This document shows, piece by piece, positions 1-11,379 of a stretch of 64,000 bases of DNA. Where the stretch lies: contig CAXXWC010000014.1 in NCBI GenBank assembly GCA_963668645.2, positions 32,001-96,000 of the forward strand, in the 5' to 3' direction. Numbering within the stretch: position 1 is the first letter of the stretch; each line of letters opens with the position of its first letter. The stretch comes from Desulfobacterales bacterium. Lineage in GTDB: Bacteria > Desulfobacterota > Desulfobacteria > Desulfobacterales > UBA2174. Below the pieces are notes generated by a model. That model had not been told where the DNA came from. It was given only the letters and a program-made list of their open reading frames with translations, and ran no database searches. A program made the position numbers and the translations under genes.

Positions 1-646
1 ACCGGACCGGCGCAACCCCCTTGTGCCGCTGTGTCCGTGGCCCGGCAGGCATCATCCGCCTGAGTGAAAGGTATCCGCTCCCGGCGGTCACGACGGTCAG
101 GGGACAGAGGGCCAGTACGAAGCCCCACAGATCGATGCGGGCCAGGGCCGTGGCGAGCAAGACACCCGGGTACAAGGGCCAGCAGTATTCCCATACATGG
201 CGAAACCAATAGTTGATGAAGCTGAGCTGGCCTGCTGAGAGGCGCGCCGATTGGCCGATGCGCTTGACCATGGGGGCTGAAAAGATCGCCCCCCCGGGCA
301 TGGGCAGCAGTCCGATCAGGGCCGGAAAGATCACGATGTTCAGCCGCGGGTTGGCGATCAGGCCCTGGAAGCGCTCCAGCAGGCGTTCCATCTGGCCCGA
401 GACCTCCAGGCTGTGGCTCAGGACCAGGATCATGCAGACGATCACGGCAAGAGAGAGGGTCTTGGGATCGGCCAGGGCCTTTGCCGCTGCCGTAAGGATG
501 GCTGTCAGGGGCATGCCGAAGATGATCCCCAGGGCCAAGGCGCCCAGGGTAAAGGCGCTGCCCAGGGACAGCTTGAATCGGATTCCGGCCAGCACCAGCC
601 CGAAGACCAGAAAGATGCGCACCACTGCGGGGACAACGTCAAACAT
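1..646 (-). CDS. DUF401-like membrane protein, runs off the left edge
   Basis: Manual translation from ATG at 646: MFDVVPAVVRIFLVFGL...PALIGLLPMPGGAIFSAPMV...NYWFRHVWEYCWPLYPG; hydrophobic; absent from the ORF track because no stop is in the window. Confidence 0.75.
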   Translation of the reverse strand, partial: MFDVVPAVVRIFLVFGLVLAGIRFKLSLGSAFTLGALALGIIFGMPLTAILTAAAKALADPKTLSLAVIVCMILVLSHSLEVSGQMERLLERFQGLIANPRLNIVIFPALIGLLPMPGGAIFSAPMVKRIGQSARLSAGQLSFINYWFRHVWEYCWPLYPGVLLATALARIDLWGFVLALCPLTVVTAGSGYLSLRRMMPAGPRTQRHKGVAPVR

Positions 647-753
647 GTAAATCGCTTTCTGCGCCACGGCCCGGTACGCCGGCCCGGCAGTGCGGGGGCG
701 GACCGGGCATGGATGATCCCGGACCTCGGGTTCGGCGTGGTGCCTGCGGTGGC

Positions 754-2490
754 TCAGGCCAGCACGAACAGGCGCGTCAGGCGCCGGTCGAGCCGGCGGG
801 TGTCCACCCGGCCGTATTCGGCCTCCAGTTCTTTGAACAGGTCTTCCAGAACGGCGGCCAGGTTCGCGGACAGAGCCTCGGCCGGCTGGCCGCTGAGCCG
901 GGCCAGCCAGAGCAGAAAATCGCGCCGCTCGGCCGCGCGAATTTTGCCCCGGGCGGTCCACATGCCGCCCAGAAAGCTGCGCAGAGCCGCTATCGGGATG
1001 CCGAGGTCCCGGCCGTCAAGCCCCTCGCGCTCCTGGGCCCACAAGGTGAGGAGCAGATTTTTCCAGGTCAATGACCGCACGGCGGCCGCCGGCGGGCCGG
1101 GAAGATCGCATTTTGCCAGAAGGCCGTCTATGGCCATGATGTTTTCCAGGGCGCACCGGGTCCACTGGGTATCCGCCAGGGTGGCAAATTCCCGGTAAAG
1201 GACGCCGGTGGCGTAGTTGTCGAAAAACAGGGGCCGTTTGATCAGCAAGCCGCCCAGAACCCCCATCCCGGATTCGTCCCAGAAAGCCAGCTTCAAACCC
1301 TGTGCTCGGTACCAGCTGCGGTGCTGCCAGGCATCGGCTTCCCATTTGAGTGCCAGGGCCTTGCCGTAGCCGACCCGGAAAATATCGCCCAGGGCGTGGC
1401 GCCGGATCAGGGCCGCGGCGGCGTTTAGGTCCACCTGCCCCTGATCCTGGGCCAGCACCTCGAGGGCGAGGTCCAGGTACCCGGCCGCCTTACGAGCCAT
1501 GGCGGCGACGTCCTCGCGCCGGCGTACGATCCTGCTGTCGGCCACGGCGATCTGATTGCAGAGCCCGGCGAATTCGGCTTCGATCTCTTCCAGATTTTCC
1601 GTGGCGGCCATCCGGGCCAGGGCTTGGGCAAAGACGCCGCTTGAAGGCAGGGCCCCGGCGGCATGGCAGGGCACGGGCAGCAGCCGGTCGTTCTCATCGC
1701 GCCACTGGAAATGCTTGGGCTCGCGGGCGGTTAACTGCTGCGGGCGCAGCGGTTGATAGACGCCGACGGCTTCCTCGAAGGGCAGAAACCCTTTTTCCGC
1801 CAGGCGCACCGTGCGCTGGTGCAGGGCCGCCTCTTCGTTTTCGGCCGGTACGATGCCGGTCGATTCGATCAGCAGGTCGCGGAAATAGGTATAGTCATGG
1901 TCGGCCAGGCGCTCGATAAGGTCGTGGATGAATCCTTCGCGGTCCTCCAGCATTTCGCCGTCGGCGGAGTCGGGGGGCGGATCCGGCAGGATGCGCATGA
2001 AAAAAACGTTGTCCAGGGAAAACCAGTCGTCCCCGAATTCGTCGGGGTCCTGGTCGTGCTGGCGCACGAGGACCTCGAGATTGAGCCAGAGCCAGTGGCG
2101 CATCAGCCCGGGCTGGCGGCGGACGAGGTAGGGGACCATGCGCGCCGAGTCCGCCTGCACCATCATGGCCAGCCAGCGGGTCAGGGCGGCGTTGTCTATC
2201 CGGTCCCGGCTCCAGGATTCGGCGTCGATGAGGTACTGGAGTTGGCCGTCTGAGGCCAGGGCCAGGACCGGCAGGGCGTCGGCTGGTCCGATTTCGTGGA
2301 TCAGAATATGAAAATCGACCTCGTCGAAGGACTGGACCAAGGTGGCGGGCAGGGGCGCTTCCAGGATCCGGGCCAGGGCCTGATCTCCTTCCAGGCGCAC
2401 GATCTGCCGGCGGGCCTGATCCAGATCCCGGCCGGTGGGCATGGTCGGGCAGGGGGATTCAGGGACTGGGATGGGTTTCTTTTTCGGCAT
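754..2490 (-). CDS. Conserved hypothetical protein (DUF6178-like)
   Basis: 578-aa ORF with non-shadow composition; motif RLAEKGFLPFEEAVGVY. Confidence 0.6.
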   Translation of the reverse strand: MPKKKPIPVPESPCPTMPTGRDLDQARRQIVRLEGDQALARILEAPLPATLVQSFDEVDFHILIHEIGPADALPVLALASDGQLQYLIDAESWSRDRIDNAALTRWLAMMVQADSARMVPYLVRRQPGLMRHWLWLNLEVLVRQHDQDPDEFGDDWFSLDNVFFMRILPDPPPDSADGEMLEDREGFIHDLIERLADHDYTYFRDLLIESTGIVPAENEEAALHQRTVRLAEKGFLPFEEAVGVYQPLRPQQLTAREPKHFQWRDENDRLLPVPCHAAGALPSSGVFAQALARMAATENLEEIEAEFAGLCNQIAVADSRIVRRREDVAAMARKAAGYLDLALEVLAQDQGQVDLNAAAALIRRHALGDIFRVGYGKALALKWEADAWQHRSWYRAQGLKLAFWDESGMGVLGGLLIKRPLFFDNYATGVLYREFATLADTQWTRCALENIMAIDGLLAKCDLPGPPAAAVRSLTWKNLLLTLWAQEREGLDGRDLGIPIAALRSFLGGMWTARGKIRAAERRDFLLWLARLSGQPAEALSANLAAVLEDLFKELEAEYGRVDTRRLDRRLTRLFVLA

Positions 2491-2580
2491 GGCAAATGGT
2501 TGTCAGGTACCTGAAGATTTTGTTGTACGCGCCAAGAAACGGGCCGGTGGAGCTACGGTACAAGAATATAATACAGGATC

Positions 2581-3840
2581 CTAAACGGACAATCCATTGC
2601 CCGTATTCCGCCAGGGGGCGAACTTGACCAGCAGGAGCATTCCGGGAACGGCCAGCAGCACGCAGGCGATGAAAAAGGCTTCCCAGCCGAGCCAGCGGGC
2701 CATGGCCCCGGTGGGGGCGGCGGCCATCACCCGGGGGATGCCCATCAGGCTGCTGAGCAGGGCGTACTGGGTGGCGGTGAATTTCTTATGGGTGATGCTG
2801 GCCATGAAGGCCACATAGGCGGCCGTGCCCATGCCGCCGGTGAGGTTCTCAAAGCCGATCACCGCCCCGAGTCCGGCCAGACTCGGACCAGTGTGTGCCA
2901 GCCAGGCGAACCCGGCGGTGGAAAGGGCCTGTAAAAATCCGAAGACCCAGAGGCTGCGGCCGATCCCCAAGCGCAGCATGAGCAGCCCCCCTGCCAGGGT
3001 GCCGGCCGCCGTGGCCCAGAACCCGAAAAGTTTGACCACCGTGCCGATCTCGGTCTTGGTAAAACCGATTTCCAGGTAAAAAGGGGTGGTCATGGCGCTG
3101 GCCATGGAGTCGCCGATTTTATAGAGCAGGATGAAGGCCAGGATCCACAAGGCCCCCGGCCGCCGGAAATACTCGGCCAGCGGTTCGACCACCGCCTCGC
3201 GCAGGGTGGCCGGCCGGCCGGCGCTCATTTCCGGTTCGCGGCACCAGAGCGTGGTGGCGATGCCCGGCAGCATGCAGACCGCCATCACCAAATAGACTCC
3301 GCGAAAACTGATGTGGTCGGCCAGGATCAACCCGCCGCCCGAGGCGAGCAGCATCCCCAGCCGATAGCCGTTGACGTAGAGCGAGGCGCCCAGACCGAGC
3401 TCGGCATCGGCCAGATCCTCACGCCGGTAGGCGTCCACCACGATATCCTGGGAAGCGGAAAGAAAAGTCACCAGCAGGGCCGCGACCGCCACCTGCCAGG
3501 GGTGGTGGTGCGGATCGGTGAACCCGAGCAGGACGATGGCAAAGGCCAGGGCCATCTGGGCCGCCAGGAGCCAGCCGCGCCGGCGGCCCAAAACCGGAAG
3601 GCTGAAACGGTCCAGCACCGGGGCCCAGAGAAACTTGAGCGTGTAGGGCAGCCCCACCAGGGCCATCAGGCCGATGAGGGCCAGATTCACTCCGGCCTCG
3701 GTCATCCAGGCCTGGAGCACCGTGACGGTGAGCAGCAGGGGCAGGCCGCAGGAAAACCCCATGAGCAAGGCCACCAGCATGCGGCCCGAAAAAACGGTGC
3801 GCAGTACCGGTGGCCGTTGCGAGCCGGCGGGGTTCAGCAA
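2581..3840 (-). CDS. ampG: AmpG-family muropeptide MFS permease
   Basis: GFSCGLP, LKFLWAP, LGRRRGW, SASQDIVVDAYR and ATQYALLSS motifs; exact start uncertain. Confidence 0.9.
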   Translation of the reverse strand: MLNPAGSQRPPVLRTVFSGRMLVALLMGFSCGLPLLLTVTVLQAWMTEAGVNLALIGLMALVGLPYTLKFLWAPVLDRFSLPVLGRRRGWLLAAQMALAFAIVLLGFTDPHHHPWQVAVAALLVTFLSASQDIVVDAYRREDLADAELGLGASLYVNGYRLGMLLASGGGLILADHISFRGVYLVMAVCMLPGIATTLWCREPEMSAGRPATLREAVVEPLAEYFRRPGALWILAFILLYKIGDSMASAMTTPFYLEIGFTKTEIGTVVKLFGFWATAAGTLAGGLLMLRLGIGRSLWVFGFLQALSTAGFAWLAHTGPSLAGLGAVIGFENLTGGMGTAAYVAFMASITHKKFTATQYALLSSLMGIPRVMAAAPTGAMARWLGWEAFFIACVLLAVPGMLLLVKFAPWRNTGNGLSV

Positions 3841-5795
3841 GTTCCGGCCAACTGTTCGGGGGTGACCACCGGCCCGAACACCCGGCGCAGGGCCAGCAGC
3901 CCGCCGCGCTGTTCGAAGAGAATTTCGAAAAAGCGCGTCGGAATCTTGTGCTCCTTGCGATAGGCGCCGATCTGCATCTCGATGCGCGCCAGGATGTTGT
4001 CCAGGTAGAGGGAGAACTGCTTGTGGTAAAGATCCAGGGGGTAATCCTTGGCGATGATCTGGCCAAAGAGTGCCTTCAGGTCCGCATAAAGGGGCAGATA
4101 TCCGATGGGCGTATCGATGGCCGCCACATCGCCGTGGGCCCGGCGTTCAAGCCAGGCCATCCAGACCTTGACGTCGCGTTTTTCACCCAGGAGCCGGCGC
4201 CCCGTGCCGCCCCGCGCCTCGTGGGTCAGAAAATAGTTCAACCCGGCCATGATGGGGCGCTTGTCGTCGGCGATCTGACCGGACCCGAAGAACTTGAACT
4301 GGGCGTCCATGTAGTCGCCCAGCGAGCCGGGGATAAAAGGCGCGTTGGCCCAGGGGGCCCGTTTGACGCCGGTGGCGCCCACCTCGGTGGCGGTGGAGGC
4401 TGAAACGATGCAGGCCCCGATGGCCACCCCATAGTCCGGCTCCCTGGCCACCCACACCGGGGGCATGGTGTCGCTGTCCCGGCCGCTGTAGGTGATCACC
4501 CGGGTGTCGGCACCTTGCGGATCCTCCAGCTTGTCCGAGCAGTTGGAAAGGGCCCGGGCCGTGACCGTGCAGCGCGCGTTGGGATGGGAGATCGGCACCG
4601 GCTTGCCCTTGGCGTCCACCATGCCCGCCTCCCAGGGTCCCTGGAAGTTGACGCCTTTGACCGGCATCGGCTCGCCGTTGCCGGTCCATTGGGGCACGCC
4701 GTTTTCATCGATCAGCACGTTGGACCAGATCACCTCGTGGCCCGGTTTGCGCAGCACTTCCATCAGCAGCGGGTCCCCGTCCCAGTTGACATCCTCCACG
4801 ATGCCGAAAATCCCGCACTCGGGGTTGATCGAGCGCACCGTGCCGTCGGCGGCGATCCACATCTGGGCCAGATCGTCGCCGACAAAATGGTTGCCGGCCA
4901 TGGCCGTGGTGGTTTTGCCGCAGCCGCTGGGCGCGGCCCCGGCAAACCAGGTGGTGCGCCCCCCCGGGCCGTCGATGCCGGTGATGAACATGTGCTCGGC
5001 CAGTTCGCTGCCCAGTCGCTGGTAGACCGACCGGTCCACCGAGAAGCGGTGGTTGCCTTTTTTCAGGAGCAGGGTGTTGCCGGCGTAAGTGCAAAAGCAG
5101 CTGTAGGTGGTCCGGTCGGCCCGGTCCATGTAGACCCGGGCATTGGGCAGGTCTTCGGGCCGGTTGGGCCCCTGGCTGTGGATGTTGGTATACAGGTGCC
5201 CCAGGTCGGCCACCTCGGCGTCGAAATGGTCGAAGGCGTTGCGGTAAAGGATTTCGGCGCTGTGCATGACGTAGGCCGAACTGGTGATCTCCAGGGCCGG
5301 ATTGGAGACCGGGGCCCCGATGGGGCCGCGGTTGTAAAAGCCCACCAGCATGGTGGCGCCTTTCATGATCCCGTGCATTTTCTCGCGGACGTCTTCCAGG
5401 GCCTCGTCGCGCAGGATTTTGTTGGCCAGGGAACTGACTTCCTCGTCGGGATTGACGATGTAAAAGGTCCGGTCGATGATCCGGCCCTGCTCCTCCCTGA
5501 GGTCGTAGTGGATCGTGTGGCCGGGTATGGGCAGGGCCCTCTCCTCGCCGTTGTCGATGGCCAGCTGGCGGATGAAGGCCCGGTCGGCTTCGGTGCCGGT
5601 GTTGATGAAAACCCGGTCCGGCCGGCACAGGGCGATGGCGTTGGCCACCTTGATGCGTACCTCCGGGGTCTGGATCCGTTGCATGCGTTCGAAATGTTCG
5701 GGGTTCAGTGTCTCGCGAAACAGGGCGTCGGCCGCTTCGGGGGTCTCAATGCCGCCGATGGCCTGCGCGATGTCATAGGTCCTGGCCTTGACCAT
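3834..5795 (-). CDS. pckG: Phosphoenolpyruvate carboxykinase (GTP)
   Basis: YAGNTLLLKK, AEHMFI, PSGCGKT, VGDDLA, INPECGIFG and HPNAR motifs. Confidence 0.9.
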   Translation of the reverse strand: MVKARTYDIAQAIGGIETPEAADALFRETLNPEHFERMQRIQTPEVRIKVANAIALCRPDRVFINTGTEADRAFIRQLAIDNGEERALPIPGHTIHYDLREEQGRIIDRTFYIVNPDEEVSSLANKILRDEALEDVREKMHGIMKGATMLVGFYNRGPIGAPVSNPALEITSSAYVMHSAEILYRNAFDHFDAEVADLGHLYTNIHSQGPNRPEDLPNARVYMDRADRTTYSCFCTYAGNTLLLKKGNHRFSVDRSVYQRLGSELAEHMFITGIDGPGGRTTWFAGAAPSGCGKTTTAMAGNHFVGDDLAQMWIAADGTVRSINPECGIFGIVEDVNWDGDPLLMEVLRKPGHEVIWSNVLIDENGVPQWTGNGEPMPVKGVNFQGPWEAGMVDAKGKPVPISHPNARCTVTARALSNCSDKLEDPQGADTRVITYSGRDSDTMPPVWVAREPDYGVAIGACIVSASTATEVGATGVKRAPWANAPFIPGSLGDYMDAQFKFFGSGQIADDKRPIMAGLNYFLTHEARGGTGRRLLGEKRDVKVWMAWLERRAHGDVAAIDTPIGYLPLYADLKALFGQIIAKDYPLDLYHKQFSLYLDNILARIEMQIGAYRKEHKIPTRFFEILFEQRGGLLALRRVFGPVVTPEQLAGTC

Positions 5796-5902
5796 CGTCT
5801 TTCTCCTTTGTGTATCGTTTTGCGGGCCTGCAATGCTGCGGCTTGAAAAATGGCGTGCGGCCCGGTGTCCACTGAAAAATAACAGATGCGGCTAGACGCC
5901 GT

Positions 5903-6556
5903 TCAGGGACCGTGGGTGCATCCCAGTCGAACAGGGGGCGGCATCTGCATATCGATCCACTGCAAAACTTTGTCGAATTCACTGCGCAGCTCGCGCAGCG
6001 CCAGCCCCCTGTGGCTGACACGGCTTTTTTCCGCCATGCTGAGTTGGGCAAAGGTGCGGCCCAGGGGAGGGTAAAAAAAGACCGGATCGTAGCCAAAACC
6101 GTTGGCGCCGGCCGGCTCGGTGCTGATCAGCCCTTCGCAGCGCGCTTCGTAGGTCAACGCCGGCCCCGTGGGTACGGCGATGGAAAGGACGCACTCGAAG
6201 GCCGCCCGGCGGTCGTCATGCCCGCGCATGTCAGCCAGCAGGCGCTGGCAGCGATCGGTGTCCGCGGCCTGCGGGCCGGCGTAGCGGGCCGAAAGAACCC
6301 CCGGTGCCCCGTCCAGGGCGGCCACCACCAGTCCCGAATCGTCTGCCATGGCGGGCAGTCCGAGCACCCGGGCCGTCTGGCTGGACTTCTTGTAGGCGTT
6401 TTCCTCGAAGGTGGCGCCGTCCTCGATCACCTCGGGGATGGGACCGAAGTCGTCCAGGTTTTTTATGGTGATGGGGAAGTTCTTGAGCAGGTCGATGATT
6501 TCGGCGGTTTTGCCCGGGTTGCGTGTAGCCAGCACGAGCGTCCGATGGGGTTGCAT
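5903..6556 (-). CDS. rdgB: XTP/dITP diphosphatase (Ham1 family)
   Basis: ATRNPGK, ADDSGL, PGVLSARY, GFGYDPVF and SHRG motifs. Confidence 0.95.
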   Translation of the reverse strand: MQPHRTLVLATRNPGKTAEIIDLLKNFPITIKNLDDFGPIPEVIEDGATFEENAYKKSSQTARVLGLPAMADDSGLVVAALDGAPGVLSARYAGPQAADTDRCQRLLADMRGHDDRRAAFECVLSIAVPTGPALTYEARCEGLISTEPAGANGFGYDPVFFYPPLGRTFAQLSMAEKSRVSHRGLALRELRSEFDKVLQWIDMQMPPPVRLGCTHGP

Positions 6557-6793
6557 GGTCTGTTATCCTCACAAGCGGTTGATGGGCGCACCTTAGAGCA
6601 TGGCCTGGAGGTTGTAAAGTGTTTTCAAAGCCGTGCAAGGTGCTTTACACGCCGGTGATCCTGTTGCTATAAAACCGAAACGCCGGAAAGGATGCGTTTT
6701 TCGCGCGCCAGGGGGCGGCGGATTGCCGGGGGATCGTCCCGCGGTGCATCCATGAGACCACCGGCGGCGCTATTGAACTTTGAGGATACTATC

Positions 6794-8650
6794 ATGCACC
6801 GACTGCTTACCGATGCGCCCGGCCGCCAGATGCTGATGCTGGGCAACGAGGCTATCGCCCGCGGGGCCCTGGAGGCCGGGGTGGCCCTGGCCAGCACCTA
6901 TCCGGGGACCCCGTCCTCGGAGATCGCGCTGCATCTGTTTCAGATTTCGCGCGAAACCGATCTGACCTTCGAATACGCCACCAACGAGAAGGTGGCCATG
7001 GAAATGGCGGCCGCAGCGGCCAATGCCGGGTTGCGCGCCATGTGCGTGATGAAGCATGTGGGGCTCAACGTGGCGGCCGATGCCCTGATGACTCTGGCCT
7101 ACGTCGGGGTCAGCGGGGCACTGGTGATCGTCACGGCCGACGATCCATTCATGTTTTCGAGCCAGAACGAGCAGGACAACCGTTACTACGCCAAGCTTTC
7201 CGGACTGCCGATGATCGAGCCATCTTCGGTGGAAGAGGCCCGGCCGATGATGGCCGCGGCCTTCGAACTGTCCGAGCAGCTGGGCGAACCGGTCCTGTTT
7301 CGCACCACAACCCGCATCAACCACAGCACCGCTCCGGTGGCCCTCGGTTCTCTGGGCCAGCGGCGGACCCGGGGCAAGTTCGTCAAGGAGCCGATGCGGT
7401 GCGTGACGGTTCCGGCCGTTTCACGCCGGCTCCACGTCAAGTTGCTGGAAAATTATGAAAAGGCCGCCGCCTTGAGCGAGGCTTCGCCCTTCAACCAGGT
7501 CACGGGCAGCGGCACCTGGGGTGTGATCTGCAACGGGGTGAGCCACGGATACGTCCTGGACGCGGTGGCCGACCTGAATCTGGCCGAGCGGGTCCGGACC
7601 CTGCGCATCGGTTTTTCCCACCCCCTGCCCGAGCGTTTGATCACCGATTTTGTGGCCGGATGCGAACGGGTTCTGGTGGTCGAGGAAGGGGAGCCCTATC
7701 TTGAGGAAGGTGCCCGCGCCGCGGCCCAGGCCTCGGGCATCACCGTGCCGATCCGGGGCAAAGGCGCCGATCTCTTCTCCCGTCTTTACGAATTCGACCC
7801 GGCTCTGGTGCGCCGCTGCATGGCGGTCTACTTCGGTCTGGAGCCGCCCGGTGACCGCACGGTTGACCGCAGCGATGTGCCCGACCTGCCGCAACGGCCG
7901 CCCAACCTTTGTGCCGGGTGCAGCCATCGGGCCACCTTCTATGCGGTCAAGAAAGCTGCCGAGGACTTCGAGACCATATGCCCGACGGATATCGGTTGTT
8001 ACACCCTCGGGTTTTTACCCCCCCTTTCCATGGGCGATTTTCTTGTCTGCATGGGATCCTCGGCCGGTACGGCCTGCGGCTTTGCCGCCACCACCCCCGG
8101 CAAGAAGGTCATCGCCTTTATCGGCGATTCAACTTTTTTCCACTCTGGAATTCCCGGCCTGATCAACGCGGTTTTCAACAACCACGACATCACCCTGGTG
8201 ATTCTGGACAACGGTACCACCGCCATGACCGGCCATCAGCCCAATCCCGGCGTGGACATGGCGGCGCTGGGGATGCAAGGCTTCGGCCGGGTTTCCATCG
8301 AGGCGGTGGTGCGCGCCCTGGGGGTGGGCCACGTAGCGGTGGTGCGCCCCTACCGGGTGGAAAAAAGCGTGGCGGCCATCCGCGAGGCGATCGCCTTTCA
8401 GGGGGTTTCGGTGGTCATCAGCCAGGAGCTGTGCGCCCTTTACGCCCGCAGCCTCAAGCGGCCCCGGGCCAAGGCTTTCAGGGTGGGCGAAAAGTGCCGC
8501 AACCACCGCGACTGCATCAACCTGTTGGGGTGCCCGGCCTTCTATCTGGACGGCGAGAAGGTGTGCATCGATGCCGCGCTTTGCACCGGGTGCAGCGTCT
8601 GCGCCCAGATCTGTCCGGAGCACGCCATCGTGCCGGTCAAAAACTCTTGA
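6794..8650 (+). CDS. iorA: Indolepyruvate:ferredoxin oxidoreductase alpha subunit
   Basis: LGNEAIARG, YPGTPSSE, MKHVGLNVA, SQNEQD, GDSTFFHSG motifs and C-terminal ferredoxin CTGCSVCAQIC; start placed after GAGGA RBS. Confidence 0.95.
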   Translation: MHRLLTDAPGRQMLMLGNEAIARGALEAGVALASTYPGTPSSEIALHLFQISRETDLTFEYATNEKVAMEMAAAAANAGLRAMCVMKHVGLNVAADALMTLAYVGVSGALVIVTADDPFMFSSQNEQDNRYYAKLSGLPMIEPSSVEEARPMMAAAFELSEQLGEPVLFRTTTRINHSTAPVALGSLGQRRTRGKFVKEPMRCVTVPAVSRRLHVKLLENYEKAAALSEASPFNQVTGSGTWGVICNGVSHGYVLDAVADLNLAERVRTLRIGFSHPLPERLITDFVAGCERVLVVEEGEPYLEEGARAAAQASGITVPIRGKGADLFSRLYEFDPALVRRCMAVYFGLEPPGDRTVDRSDVPDLPQRPPNLCAGCSHRATFYAVKKAAEDFETICPTDIGCYTLGFLPPLSMGDFLVCMGSSAGTACGFAATTPGKKVIAFIGDSTFFHSGIPGLINAVFNNHDITLVILDNGTTAMTGHQPNPGVDMAALGMQGFGRVSIEAVVRALGVGHVAVVRPYRVEKSVAAIREAIAFQGVSVVISQELCALYARSLKRPRAKAFRVGEKCRNHRDCINLLGCPAFYLDGEKVCIDAALCTGCSVCAQICPEHAIVPVKNS

Positions 8651-8675
8651 ATCTGGAAACTGGAAACTGAAAAAC

Positions 8676-9260
8676 ATGGAAACGACCCGATTGATCATCG
8701 TAGCGGTGGGCGGACAGGGGAATCTTTTGGCCTCCAAGGTGCTTGGCGAGGCGGCTGTGGCGGCCGGAGTGCCGGTGCGCATGAGCGAGATTCACGGAAT
8801 GGCCCAGCGCGGCGGGGTGGTCGAATCGGCCCTGGTCTTCGGCGACGCCCGCAGCACCGTCATCAGTGACGGGGAAGCGGACGTGGTGGTGGGCTTCGAG
8901 CCGCTGGAGACCCTGCGGGCGCTGAACAAATGCAATCCGCAAACCACCGTGATCACCAACCTCGCGCCTCTGCCCCCGTTTACGGTGGCCATCGGAAAGG
9001 GCGCCTATCCTGACCTGGACCACCTGCAAGGGCTGATCCGTTCGCGGGTGGCCCGCCTGATCGCCTTTGATGCCGTGGCCCTGGCGCAGGAGGCCGGCAG
9101 CATCCTCTCGGTGAACATGGTCCTGCTGGGCGGGTTGCTGCGCGCCGGGGTCCTGCCCCTGAGCGCCGACACGGTCCGTGAGACCATTCGCACCCGAACC
9201 AAGGCGGATTTTGTGGAGATGAACCTGGCGGCTTTCGAACTGGGATTTGCGCAGCATTAA
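8676..9260 (+). CDS. iorB: Indolepyruvate oxidoreductase beta subunit
   Basis: VGGQG and SEIHGMAQRGG motifs; directly follows iorA. Confidence 0.93.
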   Translation: METTRLIIVAVGGQGNLLASKVLGEAAVAAGVPVRMSEIHGMAQRGGVVESALVFGDARSTVISDGEADVVVGFEPLETLRALNKCNPQTTVITNLAPLPPFTVAIGKGAYPDLDHLQGLIRSRVARLIAFDAVALAQEAGSILSVNMVLLGGLLRAGVLPLSADTVRETIRTRTKADFVEMNLAAFELGFAQH

Positions 9261-9387
9261 CCCCGTTCCCCGCAGCGCCGGGACCGCCGGCGCCCACCGG
9301 GCAGGGTGGACCGGTTTTGTGGGGGCTTGGCAGACTTAAACGATTCCAGATTCCGCCCGGCCAGTGCCGGGCCGTGGAACGGTAACC

Positions 9388-11316
9388 ATGACGAACTCGC
9401 ACGATTCCACGTCTTCTTCTCAGGCGGTTTTCCCGGGCGGGTCAGATGCCCCGGCGGCACTGGATGAAAATCGGTTGCGCACCGTGATCAACCATGCCCC
9501 CATCATCCTCTGGGCCCTGGATACCGATGGTGTTTTTACCTTCTGCGGCGGCAAGGGGCTCGAGGCTCTGGGATTCAAATCCGTTGAGCTGGTGGGGCGG
9601 TCCATGGTCGATGTCTGCGTCGATCTGCCATTGGGCATCGACGACGCCAAGCGCGCTTTGGCCGGCGAGGTGCTCACCCGCAACATCGCCATCGGCGACC
9701 GGCTCTTTGAAGTCCGCCAGGCGCCGTTGCGCGGCGAGGACGGCCGGATCCTGGGCGCCATCGGCGCCGCCTCCGACATAACCTGGCGCAAGGAGGCCGA
9801 GGCGGAACGCGATCGGCTCATCACGGCTGTCGAGCAGGCCACCGAGGATATCATCATCAGCGACGCCGAAGGGACGATTTTGTATGTCAATCCGGCGTTT
9901 GAAAGGATCACCGGCTACACCCGCCAGGAGGTTGTCGGCCAAAGCCCTTCCATTCTCAAAAGCGTTCGCCATGAGCGGGAATTTTATCAGCAGTTGTGGC
10001 AAACCGTTGCCGACGGAAAGGCTTGGACCGGACGCCTGATCAACCGCTGCAAGGACGGCCGCCAGGTCGAGCAGGACGCCAGCATCAGCCCCATTCGCGA
10101 CAGCCGCGGCCGGATCACCGGCTACGTTTCGGTCATGCGCGACATCAGCCGCCAACTGTTCATCGAGGCGCAACTGCGCCAGGCCCAGAAAATGGAAGCC
10201 ATAGGGACCCTGGCAGGCGGGATTGCCCACGATTTCAATAACATCCTGGCGGCCATCATCGGCTATACCGAGATCTCCCTCCAGGACCTTCCCGCCGAGA
10301 GCCCGACCCGGCGCAGTCTGCTCAATGTGCTCAAGGCCAGCGACCGGGCCAGCGACTTGGTCAAGCAGATCCTGGCCTTCAGCCGACAGAACTCGCAGGA
10401 ACCCAGGCCGGTGCAGGTCAAGAGCATCGTCAAGGAGGCGCTCAAGCTGCTGCGCGCGACCTTGCCGGCCACCATCACCATCCGCCAGCAGATCGTCAGC
10501 GACGACACCGTGATGGCAGACCCCACCCAGGTGCACCAGGTCCTGATGAATCTGGCGGCCAACGCCCAGCATGCCATGCTTGAAAACGGCGGCGAACTGG
10601 AGGTCGGTCTGACCTCCATGGATCTCGATCCGGCCCTGGCCACCCTCCACCCCAATCTGGCTCCGGGCCGCTACCTGAGACTGCGGGTGCGCGACACCGG
10701 GAGGGGAATCCCCCCGGAGCTGGTCGGGCGGATCTTCGATCCTTTTTTCACCACCAAAACCGACGGAAGCGGGATGGGCCTGTCAGTGGCCCACGGGATC
10801 ATCCAGGAGGCCGGCGGGACCATCGTGGTGGAAAGCATCCCGGGGCAAGGCTCGATTTTCGATGTGTTTCTGCCGGTGATTGTGGTGGAAACCAAGGCCG
10901 CGCCGAAGGAGTCCTCTCTGCTGCGGGTGGGCACTGAACGGATCCTTTTCGTGGACGACGAGCCCCTTCAGGTGGACATCAACCAGCAGATGCTCGGCCG
11001 GCTCGGTTACCAGGTCGCGGCCTTCAGCGACAGCCTGGCGGCCTTGGACCATTTTGGCCGTGATCCGCAGGCCTTCGATCTGGTGATCACCGACATGACC
11101 ATGCCGGGCATGACCGGCGACACCCTGGCCCAGCGTATTCTGGAGATACGTCCCGATCTGCCGGTGATTTTGTGCACCGGCTACAGCGAGAACATGACCC
11201 GGGAAAAGGCCGAGGCCATCGGCATCAGGGGGTTCGTGCTCAAGCCGATCATCCTGCGCGAACTGGACAAGATCCTGCGCCAGGTGCTGGACGCTGAAAA
11301 ACAGCCCCCCTCTTGA
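9388..11316 (+). CDS. PAS-domain hybrid sensor histidine kinase/response regulator
   Basis: Two PAS domains, H-box [23 protein letters not shown], receiver LVITDMTMP. Confidence 0.92.
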   Translation: MTNSHDSTSSSQAVFPGGSDAPAALDENRLRTVINHAPIILWALDTDGVFTFCGGKGLEALGFKSVELVGRSMVDVCVDLPLGIDDAKRALAGEVLTRNIAIGDRLFEVRQAPLRGEDGRILGAIGAASDITWRKEAEAERDRLITAVEQATEDIIISDAEGTILYVNPAFERITGYTRQEVVGQSPSILKSVRHEREFYQQLWQTVADGKAWTGRLINRCKDGRQVEQDASISPIRDSRGRITGYVSVMRDISRQLFIEAQLRQAQKMEAIGTLAGGIAHDFNNILAAIIGYTEISLQDLPAESPTRRSLLNVLKASDRASDLVKQILAFSRQNSQEPRPVQVKSIVKEALKLLRATLPATITIRQQIVSDDTVMADPTQVHQVLMNLAANAQHAMLENGGELEVGLTSMDLDPALATLHPNLAPGRYLRLRVRDTGRGIPPELVGRIFDPFFTTKTDGSGMGLSVAHGIIQEAGGTIVVESIPGQGSIFDVFLPVIVVETKAAPKESSLLRVGTERILFVDDEPLQVDINQQMLGRLGYQVAAFSDSLAALDHFGRDPQAFDLVITDMTMPGMTGDTLAQRILEIRPDLPVILCTGYSENMTREKAEAIGIRGFVLKPIILRELDKILRQVLDAEKQPPS

Positions 11317-11379
11317 AGTTCGTTTTTCCCACCCCGGGTTGCTCTGATTCGTATTTGACGATGGATGACTTTGACCTGC

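Noticed and set aside
8653..8680. CTGGAAA heptamer repeats between iorA and iorB
   Set aside because: Only about three imperfect units; no evidence of function
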